DNA of 63,022 bases, the filler included. It is 12 parts of 12 records of this genome, joined end to end, with 100 filler letters (N's around TTAATTAATTAA, not from the genome) between each part and the next. Parts side by side here need not be neighbours in the genome. Positions count along the whole stretch, not along the records: positions 9,282 to 13,691 come from SRR15195285_3699; positions 13,792 to 18,602 come from SRR15195285_3707; positions 18,703 to 25,150 come from SRR15195285_3710; 9 more parts are not named here. One strand, written 5' to 3'. The notes below the pieces were generated by a model, which saw nothing but the letters and a program-made list of their open reading frames with translations, was not told where the DNA came from and did no database searches. Both the position numbers and the translations under genes were made by a program. Below, piece after piece: positions 10,246-21,261 of the stretch; positions within the stretch are counted from its first letter, which is position 1; each line of letters opens with the position of its first letter.

Positions 10246-13191
10246 ATGCATTCTCACACCACGTCTACATGGAAATCGAACCAAGCGGTGACGGTCACTG
10301 TGTACCTTATGTCACTCCTGTACCCAACGAGCTCATCTTTAGTTGGATGGTGGGCGTTCGATGGCCCCAGCACTCGCCCAGGCTCAGTGCCAGACCGCGC
10401 TGGAGGCCCGCCCGCCACGGTCGACTCCGGTGGAGTTGTAGTGAAACTGGGTGACAGCAACGACACGCATGCGCTGAGGCTGTGGGGCAACACCAGCGCA
10501 ACGTTCACGGTGGCGCATCACCGCAAGATTGATCAGATGGACGAGTTCACCGTCACGATGTGGCTGAACTGGTGGTATGGTGGTGGCAAAGCTGACGGCG
10601 GAAAGGACACGCTGCTGTCTAAAGACAGTGGCTTCTTGCTGGAGATTTATCGCGGCTTTCTGAAGACAAATGTTGTCAACACCAACGGAACAATAGAATG
10701 GACACCCTATCCCTTAGGCTGTGGCTATATCCAGCCGGCAAAATGGATCCACCTTGCATTGTCCTATAGCAAGAACGGACGGCTGCATCTGACAGTGCAG
10801 GGGAAGGCATGCTTCAGTGAGAACCTGTTTTGGATGGGTATGGCCGAGTTGTCTGGCAAGAACGGACCAGATTACTCAACCCCCCGCGGGCCGTTCACCA
10901 ATACTTCCAAGGATTTATCAATTGGTGGGTGGAGTGGGCTGGTATCAGACGTGCGCCTCTATGACTGCGTCCTAAAACCTGCCGAGGTTGCCGCCATCCA
11001 TAAAAGCTCGCACCAAGTCTACAACCAGACACCTTTTCAACAGCCGGGTGAGGCCGAGATTCAGCAGCTCAATAGGACTTGGCGTGCCCCAGTGATTGGA
11101 CCAGCTGAGCATACAATGTACAACGCGTGGTTGAATCACAATGCTTTGGGGGCCGAAGCACCTATACCCTCCTGGCTGGATAGGGTGTTGATGATCGAAG
11201 GTAGTGGTTACGATCGCAGTCATCCAGTGTGGCGCACAGCAAAGGACGAGCTACACGCAGCATTCCCCATCATTGAGGTACACGGTGCGCCGACGCCGGC
11301 TGACGTTGATTCATTCGCGTCGCTTGTGAGTGGGTCGATAGTCATTGGTACTTGCAAACAGCTGTACCCGGCTGTGGAAGTACTCTCTCTGGGAGCTGTC
11401 CGTCAGCTGTGCCAACCAGCATCTTTGAGTGAGGACTCCTACGTGCTGGAACTATTTGATCCACAAGAAAAGGGCATCGATTCTCCGTCCAAGCGACCAG
11501 TTGTTGTAGCCGTCGGAGCGGGAATGCCCGGTGTTCTCTACGCTGCGTTTGCCCTCGTTGAGCACCTTCAGCTTCGCAGGCCCTGGACTGCCACAGCCTT
11601 AGAGCGGAAGGAGGTCCCATCCACGAGTATCCGCTGCCTCAACCACTGGTCACAGTGGCGCGGCTTGCCATGGGGACGCTGGCTTGGAGAGAGCGGCCGG
11701 GGTGATTCTATCTTCTCCTGGGCTGATCTGCGGGCAGCCGACGGGAAGCATACTGCCCCATCAATGAAACGCATTCGAGACTGGGCACGGCTACTTGCAG
11801 CAGTTGGGATCAACGCCATTGCGCCACAGGATGTGAACTGGGCCGAAGACAACAACTACCTCAGGCATTTGGACGTGCTACCTGTGCTCGGCGATGCTTT
11901 CCGAGCCTACGCCATTCGTTTGTACTTCACGCCGAATTACTTACTCGCCGCGGAACAAACGACAGCAGACGCGCTCTACCGAGCAGTCCCAGATTTTGGA
12001 GGCTATCTGCTGAAAATAGGATCTGAGAAGCAGGGCGGGCATCCAGATGTCGCAACAATCAATCCCATCGCCAAGACCTTACTGCGAAGTCCTGGCTCGG
12101 GCGAACGCAATGGATCGGTGCTCTTGCGTGGTTTCATATACGGCTCGATGGGTTGCATCTCATCGGGATTCAATTATTCTAAGCAGAGCCGCTTTGCCAT
12201 TCCTCCATCTGTGTTCGGCCCTGGCGACGGCAAGTACGAGGCGAATGTCCATATCATAGGGAAGTACTCACCACTTGACTTCGAAACTCAGGAGCCAGCA
12301 AATCCGATGGACGGTCTTCTCAAACACACGAAATATGGACCAGAGTATGTGGTTGGCAAGGACGGGTTCATGATGTCATGGGTGTCTCGTTGGGCGGACT
12401 GGTTGATTTGGGACAACTACCGTGGGGTGAATGGCGGAAGTTTGCTCAATCGGGACTGCATTGACGCAGTGCTTGGGGTGGCAATGATGGGAACGCCTGC
12501 GAGTTGGACGACAAATCCTCTCGGCATGGTCAACTACTATGGGTTCGGACGATTGGCATGGGACGCAACACTTTCACCTGACCAAATCTATGCGGAGTTC
12601 ATTGAGCGGACCTTCGGAACGCAAATGCCACCTCACGCCACTTCTGCCCTCCAACATTTGTTGACAGTATCAGAGGAGCCCGCAACACAGCTTGGGATCT
12701 ACCACGGCTACCGCGGCGTGTGGTACGAAAATGGCAAGGCTTCGGCTGGCCAGGAAGGTACATTCGAGTCTCCTACCTCAGTTAAGCAGATCATTAACCG
12801 CAGATATGTGGGCACCACGAAAGAGCTTGCGCGACAGGCGTTTGACGCCTACTCGCCAGGTGTACAAGAAATCTATAGCAACTATACGGACAGTCGAACT
12901 GAAGCTGTCTTGTTGGAGTGGGGGCTGTTTGAGTACAACTATACTCTAACGAATGGCCGCACTATTCTCGAGGATATGATGCAGCGACCAGTCGAGGGCG
13001 CCACGGGGGCACAGCGTCTGCTCAGCGATTGGACAGCACCCAACACTGCTGCTGCGGTAAAACAGGCTGTGGGCAAAGAATTCTATGACACAGTGACGAC
13101 AGAACTTGAAGGGTTTGTGCAGCTTGCGCAAACCCAGGTACACTCTGTGCATAGCAAACTGGCGAAGTTACACCCGACAGTAATGCACTAG
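10246..13191 (+). CDS. LamG-domain + GH67 alpha-glucuronidase-like hydrolase, apparently intronless (start could be 10225 or 10246)
   Basis: LamG (LVGWWAFDG..FTVTMW..WIHLALSY..DVRLYD..L); GH67 motifs RCLNHW, ARLLAAVGINAI, PDFGGYLLK..SE, PLDF..EP, YGFGRLAWD. Confidence 0.85.
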   Translation: MHSHTTSTWKSNQAVTVTVYLMSLLYPTSSSLVGWWAFDGPSTRPGSVPDRAGGPPATVDSGGVVVKLGDSNDTHALRLWGNTSATFTVAHHRKIDQMDEFTVTMWLNWWYGGGKADGGKDTLLSKDSGFLLEIYRGFLKTNVVNTNGTIEWTPYPLGCGYIQPAKWIHLALSYSKNGRLHLTVQGKACFSENLFWMGMAELSGKNGPDYSTPRGPFTNTSKDLSIGGWSGLVSDVRLYDCVLKPAEVAAIHKSSHQVYNQTPFQQPGEAEIQQLNRTWRAPVIGPAEHTMYNAWLNHNALGAEAPIPSWLDRVLMIEGSGYDRSHPVWRTAKDELHAAFPIIEVHGAPTPADVDSFASLVSGSIVIGTCKQLYPAVEVLSLGAVRQLCQPASLSEDSYVLELFDPQEKGIDSPSKRPVVVAVGAGMPGVLYAAFALVEHLQLRRPWTATALERKEVPSTSIRCLNHWSQWRGLPWGRWLGESGRGDSIFSWADLRAADGKHTAPSMKRIRDWARLLAAVGINAIAPQDVNWAEDNNYLRHLDVLPVLGDAFRAYAIRLYFTPNYLLAAEQTTADALYRAVPDFGGYLLKIGSEKQGGHPDVATINPIAKTLLRSPGSGERNGSVLLRGFIYGSMGCISSGFNYSKQSRFAIPPSVFGPGDGKYEANVHIIGKYSPLDFETQEPANPMDGLLKHTKYGPEYVVGKDGFMMSWVSRWADWLIWDNYRGVNGGSLLNRDCIDAVLGVAMMGTPASWTTNPLGMVNYYGFGRLAWDATLSPDQIYAEFIERTFGTQMPPHATSALQHLLTVSEEPATQLGIYHGYRGVWYENGKASAGQEGTFESPTSVKQIINRRYVGTTKELARQAFDAYSPGVQEIYSNYTDSRTEAVLLEWGLFEYNYTLTNGRTILEDMMQRPVEGATGAQRLLSDWTAPNTAAAVKQAVGKEFYDTVTTELEGFVQLAQTQVHSVHSKLAKLHPTVMH

Positions 13192-13934
13192 CTGACGCTT
13201 TGGCACACACGGTACGTCTCGTCGACGCATTGGCTTCCTGCGAATGCGTGTGCCAGGTAGTATCGTGAGTACACTGTAAGATCCTCCGAGACCGGGGCTT
13301 ACGACAATGTACATATTATGCCCGATGTAATTCCCTGTGGATCACCAACAGTGTCCGTCAAAACTATTCGAGAAATGGTACGCTATTGCGTGCGTGGCTC
13401 GCTCGCGACTGTTTGTCGAGTTACCTGATGCCGTGATCGTCGCTGAAGAAAATAATCACGAAGCTTCGGGTAGTCTAGTGTGGAGGCACTACTTGGTTTG
13501 GCACATGTAGACCCACCCAGGACCCGATCGATGTGCCCAGCAGCTGAGACGGCTCCCAGCCGACTCAGTCCCGCAGGTAGTGGCGGTCAGTCATTCATGA
13601 ATGGTTTCTCTGAGAGATCAGGCAGAGTCACTGTCTGTCAGCGGCCATAGCTTGAGAGGCACTGTGTTTCTGGCAAAAAAGGGCTTCGACANNNNNNNNN
13701 NNNNNNNNNNNNNNNNNNNNNNNNNNNNNNNNNNNTTAATTAATTAANNNNNNNNNNNNNNNNNNNNNNNNNNNNNNNNNNNNNNNNNNNNTTCCGTACT
13801 GTTTGACTTCACATGCGGAGTGAGCCAGAAAATGGATCATTCCGTCGCAGGGCAGGCACCAGGCAGGGCAGGCACGGTGGCACGCGCACGGTGATTTGAT
13901 CAGCGCGCGGCTTCTTGAGCTGTTGCGCCGCCCC

Positions 13935-15356
13935 ATGCCCGGCAGCGGCACGCGCAGCAGCAACTCTGGGTACGCCTCGCCGAATGCGGTCATCAAGTAC
14001 ACGTACAGCATGTCCGACCCGTCCGAGGTGACGAACCGCAATGCCTGGGGATCCGCAGGCATTAAGGGTGACGGTCTGGGCTTCGACGGCGGGTGTCCGA
14101 CGAGTCAACGGGGCGGAATACAGCGCAAGTGGGTCAAGGGTGCCAGGATCGGCGGAAGACCCCACACAGAGAAGTTCGTGCAGGCACTGGATAATTCACT
14201 CGGTGCTGACTGGGGCAACGCGACCGGCAAGTCGTCGCGTGGCGCCCTTGGGCGACAGCCCACGCGGTGCCTCACTCCGTTCGCAGTGACGCTCGACGAG
14301 AGCCGCAGCGAGTCGCACCTGTTCCCACGCGTTCCGAGGAAGAGTCTGGGCTCGGATCACCGCGTGATCCACTCGCAGCAGCGATCGCTCGAGCGCTTAT
14401 CGCCAGAGAGGGTACAGCCAGAAAGTAGCCTGACCTCCACTTTCGAGCTGCAGCATGCCGAAGAGCAGGCTGCCATATCTCGAGATCGTGCGAGCACCGC
14501 GGCAGCCGCAGTGCGCCAGGCCATCTGGCAGCGTGCGCGGCAACGCCCGTGCCAACCCACCGCCGACGAGCTCGCGGTAAACGGTCCACCGTACACGCAG
14601 TGGACTACCTCAGGCGTCGTCGTGGATCCTCTGTGGCAAGCACTGGCAAATGCAGGGACTGAGCAGGCGGCGAAGAGTGCGGCGAACAGAGAAGCGGGCA
14701 GACAGCCGACACTCCGTGCGCTGGCAGAGGAAGAGGGCGAAGGGCTGGCGAAGATTCTTGCTTGGGCGAACTGCGACAGCCGGCTTCTACAGGAGCTAGC
14801 GTTCCATGGCGTGTTGAATGCTGAGCATTTGCTGCACATGAGTGAGATGAACTTTGCGGAGGCTGGGTTTCGCCCCCAAGAGCGACGGCGCTTACAGGCG
14901 CTGCTGAAAAAGCTCAGCTACGATTCTGACAACACAGACATGGGTTCCATTGAAAGTGCAGGCTATCTTCTTCAATTACGTGGGAAACGTGATGGGAAGA
15001 ACTTAACTCGTGGCAGCCGTAAAGGGTCGCAGCAGAAAGAGGCATGGCGTCGGCCAAAGAAGACGATGGACCATGCGTACTACGAGGCCATGCAGCTGCT
15101 TGAAGGTGACTCGGAAGTACTTCGTCGTGAGCAGGTTCAAGAACTGCACACGCGACAGGCTTCGGCAGAACTGACACGAGGCATGCATCTAGCGCTTGGG
15201 GTGCGAGAAGTTGACTTGCGAAGAACAGCAGTCATCGGAGCATCGGGCAAGGCAGTGGAGCGGCTCAACGGAACAGTGCGTGGCACTGCAGCTGCCACGA
15301 GTCCGACGGCCAAGTCTCCCGCAAAACGCTTGGGTTGGGAGTCCTTGATCGCGTAA
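13935..15356 (+). CDS. Uncharacterised protein with a SAM (sterile alpha motif)-like domain
   Basis: Long ORF; LQELAFHGVLNAEHLLHMSEMNFAEAGFRPQERRRL resembles a SAM domain. Confidence 0.55.
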   Translation: MPGSGTRSSNSGYASPNAVIKYTYSMSDPSEVTNRNAWGSAGIKGDGLGFDGGCPTSQRGGIQRKWVKGARIGGRPHTEKFVQALDNSLGADWGNATGKSSRGALGRQPTRCLTPFAVTLDESRSESHLFPRVPRKSLGSDHRVIHSQQRSLERLSPERVQPESSLTSTFELQHAEEQAAISRDRASTAAAAVRQAIWQRARQRPCQPTADELAVNGPPYTQWTTSGVVVDPLWQALANAGTEQAAKSAANREAGRQPTLRALAEEEGEGLAKILAWANCDSRLLQELAFHGVLNAEHLLHMSEMNFAEAGFRPQERRRLQALLKKLSYDSDNTDMGSIESAGYLLQLRGKRDGKNLTRGSRKGSQQKEAWRRPKKTMDHAYYEAMQLLEGDSEVLRREQVQELHTRQASAELTRGMHLALGVREVDLRRTAVIGASGKAVERLNGTVRGTAAATSPTAKSPAKRLGWESLIA

Positions 15357-15492
15357 ACCTGTATTCTGATTAGAAAGTCGATATGAACGCCAACGAAGCG
15401 AGCATGGTAATCGCAGGGTTGTCGCAACATTCAGCTTCTGTCTGTCTTGCAACCACCATTCATTGCCTCGTTCGACGAGTTGGTGACCAGAA

Positions 15493-16452
15493 CTAGAGCC
15501 TAGTAGTGAGGCGGCCGACATCCACCACAGTTGTCGGATCTTCACCTATTCGTTTCACGAACTGCTTCAAATCATCGCCATTGATCCCATCTTGGCCATT
15601 GACGCCAGCCTGAATTTTCCCGTCTTCCCGCCGCAGAAACGCTCGCCCGGAGCCGTCAGGCAGCACACCAAAGTAGAGAGATGTCGGAAACTGCAAATGA
15701 GGATAGCTGCGAGACAGCGCGAATCGACCAAGCCCACCCGGCGAGTCGTACTGCTGAGCACTCCCAGCCCCCCTGCGATCGAGTCGCTCACCAGTAAACT
15801 CGCTGGCTACGTAATGCGTGGCATAGACATGACGAGAAGCACTGGGATCAGCGATCGGACCACCGCGATGGATAATGCCCCCGCTGAAGACAAGAACGTC
15901 ACCTTTCTTAGCAATGATCGGCTCCTCGCGCAGGCCTGCGCCTGCGTTCTGCTCGAATACTCGATTCACAGCTTCGTTGTAGTCTACTCCACAAAAATCT
16001 CCCCCGCTTGCAAAGTCGCTGTGCACCAGCAGCCGCCGTTTATGCGAGCCACGCTGCACCCAGACCGTACCGTTCGTTGGAGAGACGTCTTCTAGTGCTA
16101 TCCACGCAGCAAGGCACTCGGGGAGATAGTACCCGTCCTGATGGCGCTCCTGCTCGCTGCCCTGCCAGAAATACATGGCCTGAACAAGGTCTGGCTCTGC
16201 GGCGCCCCCAGGACCCCAGCCGTCCTCCTCAAGGCACCCTCGCACTGGCAGGCGCAGCTTGCTGTGCACTGCCATGCTAAGCTCCGCTCCCCGGCCTTCT
16301 GAGCGACCCCCTCGCGACGAAGACAGCTGGGCGTCTTTGCACGCTGTGACATGAGCAATGAATTGGTCGCACTCAGCCTCGGTGAAGCACTCACTCAACA
16401 GCACGAAACCGTCCTCGCGGTAAAGGCTGCGCAGCTCTGCGGAGAGCTCCAT
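15493..16452 (-). CDS. Phytanoyl-CoA dioxygenase (PhyH)-family Fe/2OG oxygenase
   Basis: YREDGFVLL, HQD, AWIALEDVSPTNG..GSH, KGDVLVF..IHRGG. Confidence 0.88.
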   Translation of the reverse strand: MELSAELRSLYREDGFVLLSECFTEAECDQFIAHVTACKDAQLSSSRGGRSEGRGAELSMAVHSKLRLPVRGCLEEDGWGPGGAAEPDLVQAMYFWQGSEQERHQDGYYLPECLAAWIALEDVSPTNGTVWVQRGSHKRRLLVHSDFASGGDFCGVDYNEAVNRVFEQNAGAGLREEPIIAKKGDVLVFSGGIIHRGGPIADPSASRHVYATHYVASEFTGERLDRRGAGSAQQYDSPGGLGRFALSRSYPHLQFPTSLYFGVLPDGSGRAFLRREDGKIQAGVNGQDGINGDDLKQFVKRIGEDPTTVVDVGRLTTRL

Positions 16453-16849
16453 GTGCCAAGCGCCCAGGGATTGCCGTTCGTGCGTCGGAATTTCACCTTC
16501 TCACACCGCTGCGGCCGGCGGATTCGACGGATACGATACACCGGGATACTCGAGACGTACTAGTACGGCGATACGGTCAGTGTACGGACCGGTGCGTGCA
16601 CGGTGTGCTCCAGGAATGGTACAGAATTCCAATACGCAATAGATCTCAGTAAATACTAGACTAGGAGGCGCCGCGCGCACCGCGGGATCCCCATCGCGTA
16701 TCGCGCGCATGCACGCCGCGCGCGCGCGGCGCGACCGTCGTCCTCGCCGAGTAGTCGATCGTCGGCGGCCGCTGGCGCTGCCGCCCGCTGTGAGCGAGAG
16801 CGGAACGACCGGCGGCAGAGTAGCTGCTTTCGGCGGTCGGGGCGATACG

Positions 16850-18228
16850 ATGGGATGTCTAGAATGCGTGCTGAAAAGTATCCACTTCGTTGATCTAGTG
16901 GTGGCGGCCCTGGTGTGCATCGGCACGGCATACTCCATCTGGCACCTGCACAACGCGAGCCCGCCGTGGGTGTACGGCCCGATCCTCGCGGCCGCCGGGC
17001 TGTTCGGGGCCTCGACGCTGCTCAGCTGGCTGACGCTGTCATGCCACCTCACCGCCTGCGCCTGGATGATAAACGTCTCTATCATCACGGACATCCTTGT
17101 GGCGGTGGGCGCAACCGTGTTCGGGACGCTGCTGCTGACGCAGTTCGACACTGTGAAAGAATGTGAGTGCCGCGACCTATCCGCCCTGTGCACATTTACG
17201 CGGGTCCCGCGACAGGCTGCGCGTGCTGAGCAGGTCGCCGGTCGTGCAATGCACAGGGCTGGAGGAAGTGGAGCTGGACCCGGCTGGATCCGGCTCCGAG
17301 ATCGGTGGTTACCCGATCCCGCCCGGCCTTTACGACCATCTATCGACTGCACGGACTCCTATTGCGATCGTCTTTTTCGTGCTGGCAGGGCTGCAGCTGT
17401 TCCGTGCTACTGTGTCTTGCGTTATCAAAGAAAGATTGCAGAAGTGCGGCTTTCTCTTTCGTTGTCTCCCGCCCGCCCGCTCCACTGAGTGCCCTGGCAC
17501 AATCGTTTTCTAAAATAATGATGGCATAATTATCGCGCTGCAGGTCCCGCCCGGTGGACACGTCAGACTATCAGGGCGACAAGTACGATTTTGCAGCTCC
17601 CGACTCATCTAGTTCCAACTACAAGCATTGGGATTTGAGCACAAACGCCCCCATCGATGAGGTGAGGCTCGATTTTGCAGTTGGTGTTGACCACACGGTC
17701 TCCGGGTTAGAGGTCTCACGTGCCTATGTCGGTTGTTGTTGTGCACATTGTTCCAGCAAATGTCGGTGCTTGACAAGCTGCACGCAGCGCTGGCTGAGGA
17801 GAAACGGATGGAAGGCTTGAAAGCCCGGGCAGAAGCTGCGGTCCGTCAATCGCACTCACTGTTTGCTGTGTTTGGCACCAACTTCTTGAACTGTGTACGT
17901 AGACTCAAACGCGCACAATCACGATTGCGTTTTGAACGATGTAGCGCCCGAAGCCACAGCCTGAAAAGATCCAATTCAAGTCCAACAACCGGAGACGAGA
18001 CTATGGGCGAGAGTCCCTGCTTGCAAGCGAAGCTTCACCTCGCAGTATCGGCGCAGATGGGTCACCAATCCTGCAGGTAGGTTACGGCGTCCCACGCTGC
18101 GTCACAGGGTCCACACAACCCTCGTTTCGCACATGTACACGATGGGGCAAAGTAACCGTTGCGTGGCCTGGCAGGAGGCAGAGCCGCCATGGCGGCGGCA
18201 ACGAGATGAAGTGCCATCCGTATGGTGA
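16850..18228 (+). CDS. Four-TM (tetraspanin-like) membrane protein, about 6 exons by manual splicing
   Basis: Three N-terminal TM helices, a loop, a fourth helix IAIVFFVLAGLQLF; GT-AG introns restore frame to ...DEVPSVW*. Confidence 0.55.
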
Positions 18229-19175
18229 CTCTGATGGCAGCATCACAACTCCATCAACAATTTTCTTCGTGTACCAATCGGTCATCGGACCTGAAACGAT
18301 TAACAAAACAATCTCTTCTTACATCTTCCTCCAGACACTACACTCCAGTTTATCACTCCCTTCGCCTACAAAAGGATCTGATATGGGGCTAGATAATGGG
18401 GGCAGACCCAGGGGAGAAAGCGAACCCCCCCATTCAACCTCCTGGGACCAACTGATCAGTACCCGTGTAAATGCACATCACTTCGGCTTCGACTTCGAGC
18501 GACGCTGCCGGTGGGCCTAGCCGCTCCTAGTCGCTTTGCACGCTTCGCACACGTTTTGTGGCACCCTGTGACCACATGTGATCCTGGAAGCTTCCAGGAT
18601 CANNNNNNNNNNNNNNNNNNNNNNNNNNNNNNNNNNNNNNNNNNNNTTAATTAATTAANNNNNNNNNNNNNNNNNNNNNNNNNNNNNNNNNNNNNNNNNN
18701 NNCGCACACGGTACTACCGCGCGCTTGTTCTTCTCGTGCCGTAACAGGGGAATTTCACGCACTCCGAGCAACCCGGCGACCGCAACACAAATTATGCAAG
18801 ACTTGAATCTGGATCGCTATGTGTGGTGGGCCTCCCTATGCCGGGTGCAGGTTGCAATTGAAACGCTCGGTGCGTGGTGAGTGGGAGTGTTCCGACCGCC
18901 GTGCTCCCGGAACCGACTGTAGATCCTGCACTACCCTCGCACATGTGCAGCGGGCGAGTGACTCCGGCTTCGGACATTGCTGCTGAAACGGCAAATCGGA
19001 GACGAGAGATGACCTCGCGCCCGCTGTCGTGCGGCCGGCGCGGCCCATGCAAGAGAATACCACAGACTCGCGTTTACGGTCAGCAAGGGATACATTGAAA
19101 TTGCGCAGCAGCTACGCGATTCAGTTTCCAATGGCTCCATCTGGACCGTCAGCGACCCGCTCGCGACATGCCAAC

Positions 19176-19881
19176 TTAAGCAGTGCTGCAAGAGATTCGA
19201 AGCGCAGCCGTTCGTTCGCACGAGACCACCCGGACCCACGAAGCACAGCACCAGCACACGCATTCGCAACCACACACAACGGCCGCCACACAGATCAGTG
19301 GATGTGTAATCGATGGCCAGAGGAGACGCGTGCGAAGCGAATGACTCACGCCTCCTTGAGGTAGGCGATGAGGTTGGCTCTGTCCTGCGGCTTCTTGAGG
19401 CCAGCAAAGACCTGCGGGGGGCACACCGCGGGGCGTCAGCTACCTCAGGCGCGCAACATAGCCACGAGCGGCTACAGTCAGGGCTTCGGCGGTGCGAACA
19501 CATGCGCGTACCATCTTGGTGCCCGGGATGTACTTCTTCGGGTTCAGGAGGTACTCGAACAGGTGCTCGTCGCCCCAGGTGATGCCTGCAGCCACGCGGC
19601 ACCCCGCCGTCTCAGCTCACGATGCCGCGCATCGCGAGCCCGCGGGGCGGGCAGTGGGAGGCGTGTGGCGCACCGGAGTTCTTGTTGGCAGCGGTGTAGG
19701 CGAAGCCCTCGGCCTGGCCGGAGGCGCGGCCGAAGAGTCCGCTGAGGTTCGGGCCCTGCTTGTGGCCCTTGGAGGCGTCGACCTCGTGGCACTGGAGGCA
19801 CTTGGTCTTGAAGATCTTAGCGCCACCCTTCGCCTTTCCGGCGGGAATGGTAACTTCCGGGACGGGCTTGCTGCGCGCCAT
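19176..19881 (-). CDS. CYC: Mitochondrial cytochrome c; exons 19881-19674, 19585-19512, 19411-19350, 19185-19176 (117 aa)
   Basis: CLQCH heme motif, [25 protein letters not shown], ends KEATA*; three GT-AG introns give an intact frame. Confidence 0.97.
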
Positions 19882-21261
19882 GCAGCGGAATGTTGGATCA
19901 GCTCACAAGGCAGGTGTGCGGCGCAGACAACGCGTGCGGAAGCCAGGTTCGGCGCGTGCAGCTGGCAATGGCCCATTCTCAGCACCACCCCTGCAACCCT
20001 CCCCCGCGCCTGCCCTCACCCCTCCCACACCACCCCTTAGCCTCCTTAGAGCTACCGCCCCACCACCCCACCGCCGCAACCCCGCCGCGCTCACCTCATT
20101 CTGTCTGCTGTAGAGGATGACGTAGAGCAGGAAGGCGGTGATGTCAATGTCGAACAACAACAGTCTTCTGAAGAGGGCCAGCGACGGCGGAATGGCAAGT
20201 GCTGAGACATCTGCTGATCAAGAGGCTGAGACTGTCGTTCGATTCACTGCCCGTCAAGGGGATACTCTCGCCGCTCATTCCTCTCTATTTTGCGGGGAGA
20301 CACGAGAGTATCCCTTTGCATACGACGGCCTCATGCTAGCTCGGCACGACGCGACGAACTCTTGGAGCTTTCTGTGATTCCGAACGCGGTTGCTCTGGAG
20401 GAATTTGTGGCATGGAATTTGGCAGTCATTCAATTTGCCCCGAACACCTAGCGTGGTCTTCACGAGAACACACAAACGTAACTCGTAAAAAATCATCCAT
20501 CTGCGTCAACTTTTCAATGATGCTGAAATGAGGCACAGAAAGATCGTTCTCAAGAGCTGAAGCACTGAAGGACAATCGACGAACCACACCTCAAGGAACT
20601 GTACCCAAGGGCGATTATCAATACATACTGTAGGAATGTTTGGGCACGGGAAATCATGCTTGTAAGAACCAATCCGGAAGGCTGCACGCAGAATTCTGAA
20701 ACAACTGCGCAATCCCCCCCGATTCACAAACAAACACGGTGGCTGCATGCTTCCGGTCAATTCCCATCGCGGATAAATAGCGGGTGCACTAGGATCCTCC
20801 ATGATTTCCCGCCGCGACTCCGAGGATAAGGTAGGTATTTTCAATACTGGGCGGTGTGCGACCGCCGGAAAACTCGGGGCTGAAGTGACACCATAAATAA
20901 GGTAGGGAATGTCAATACTTGGTCTACATTGCAATTGCTGCATCCAAACTGGGTCTATTAATTCAGGCATGCCTGATCGTGGGGATCCTCCATGATTTCC
21001 CCGTCTCCGCCACCGCCGTTCGGCCCGAACACAATCCGCTCACCGCCCAGTTTACCCGCGGACTCATCCCGCACGCCAATCCCAAACAATCAACCAATTC
21101 ACGCAGTCCACGGTGGGTGAATATATAACTAATTGTACAGAGTGGGAGCAAGCGTGTGTTTAGTGGGAAGCAAAAATTGCGCCGCCGCCGTTCGCCTTTT
21201 CGCCGCCGCCTTTTTTCCGCTGCTGCTGTTCGGCTTGAAGCAGACCTTCTGCAGGGTGACG

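Noticed and set aside
13022-13442. Possible small minus-strand exons (13425-13442, 13303-13334) of a convergent gene
   Set aside because: Splice sites fit, but no recognisable protein results and the frame would run into the GH67 CDS.
18579-18602. Perfect 24-bp palindrome TGATCCTGGAAGCTTCCAGGATCA
   Set aside because: Also terminal; likely the same artefact.
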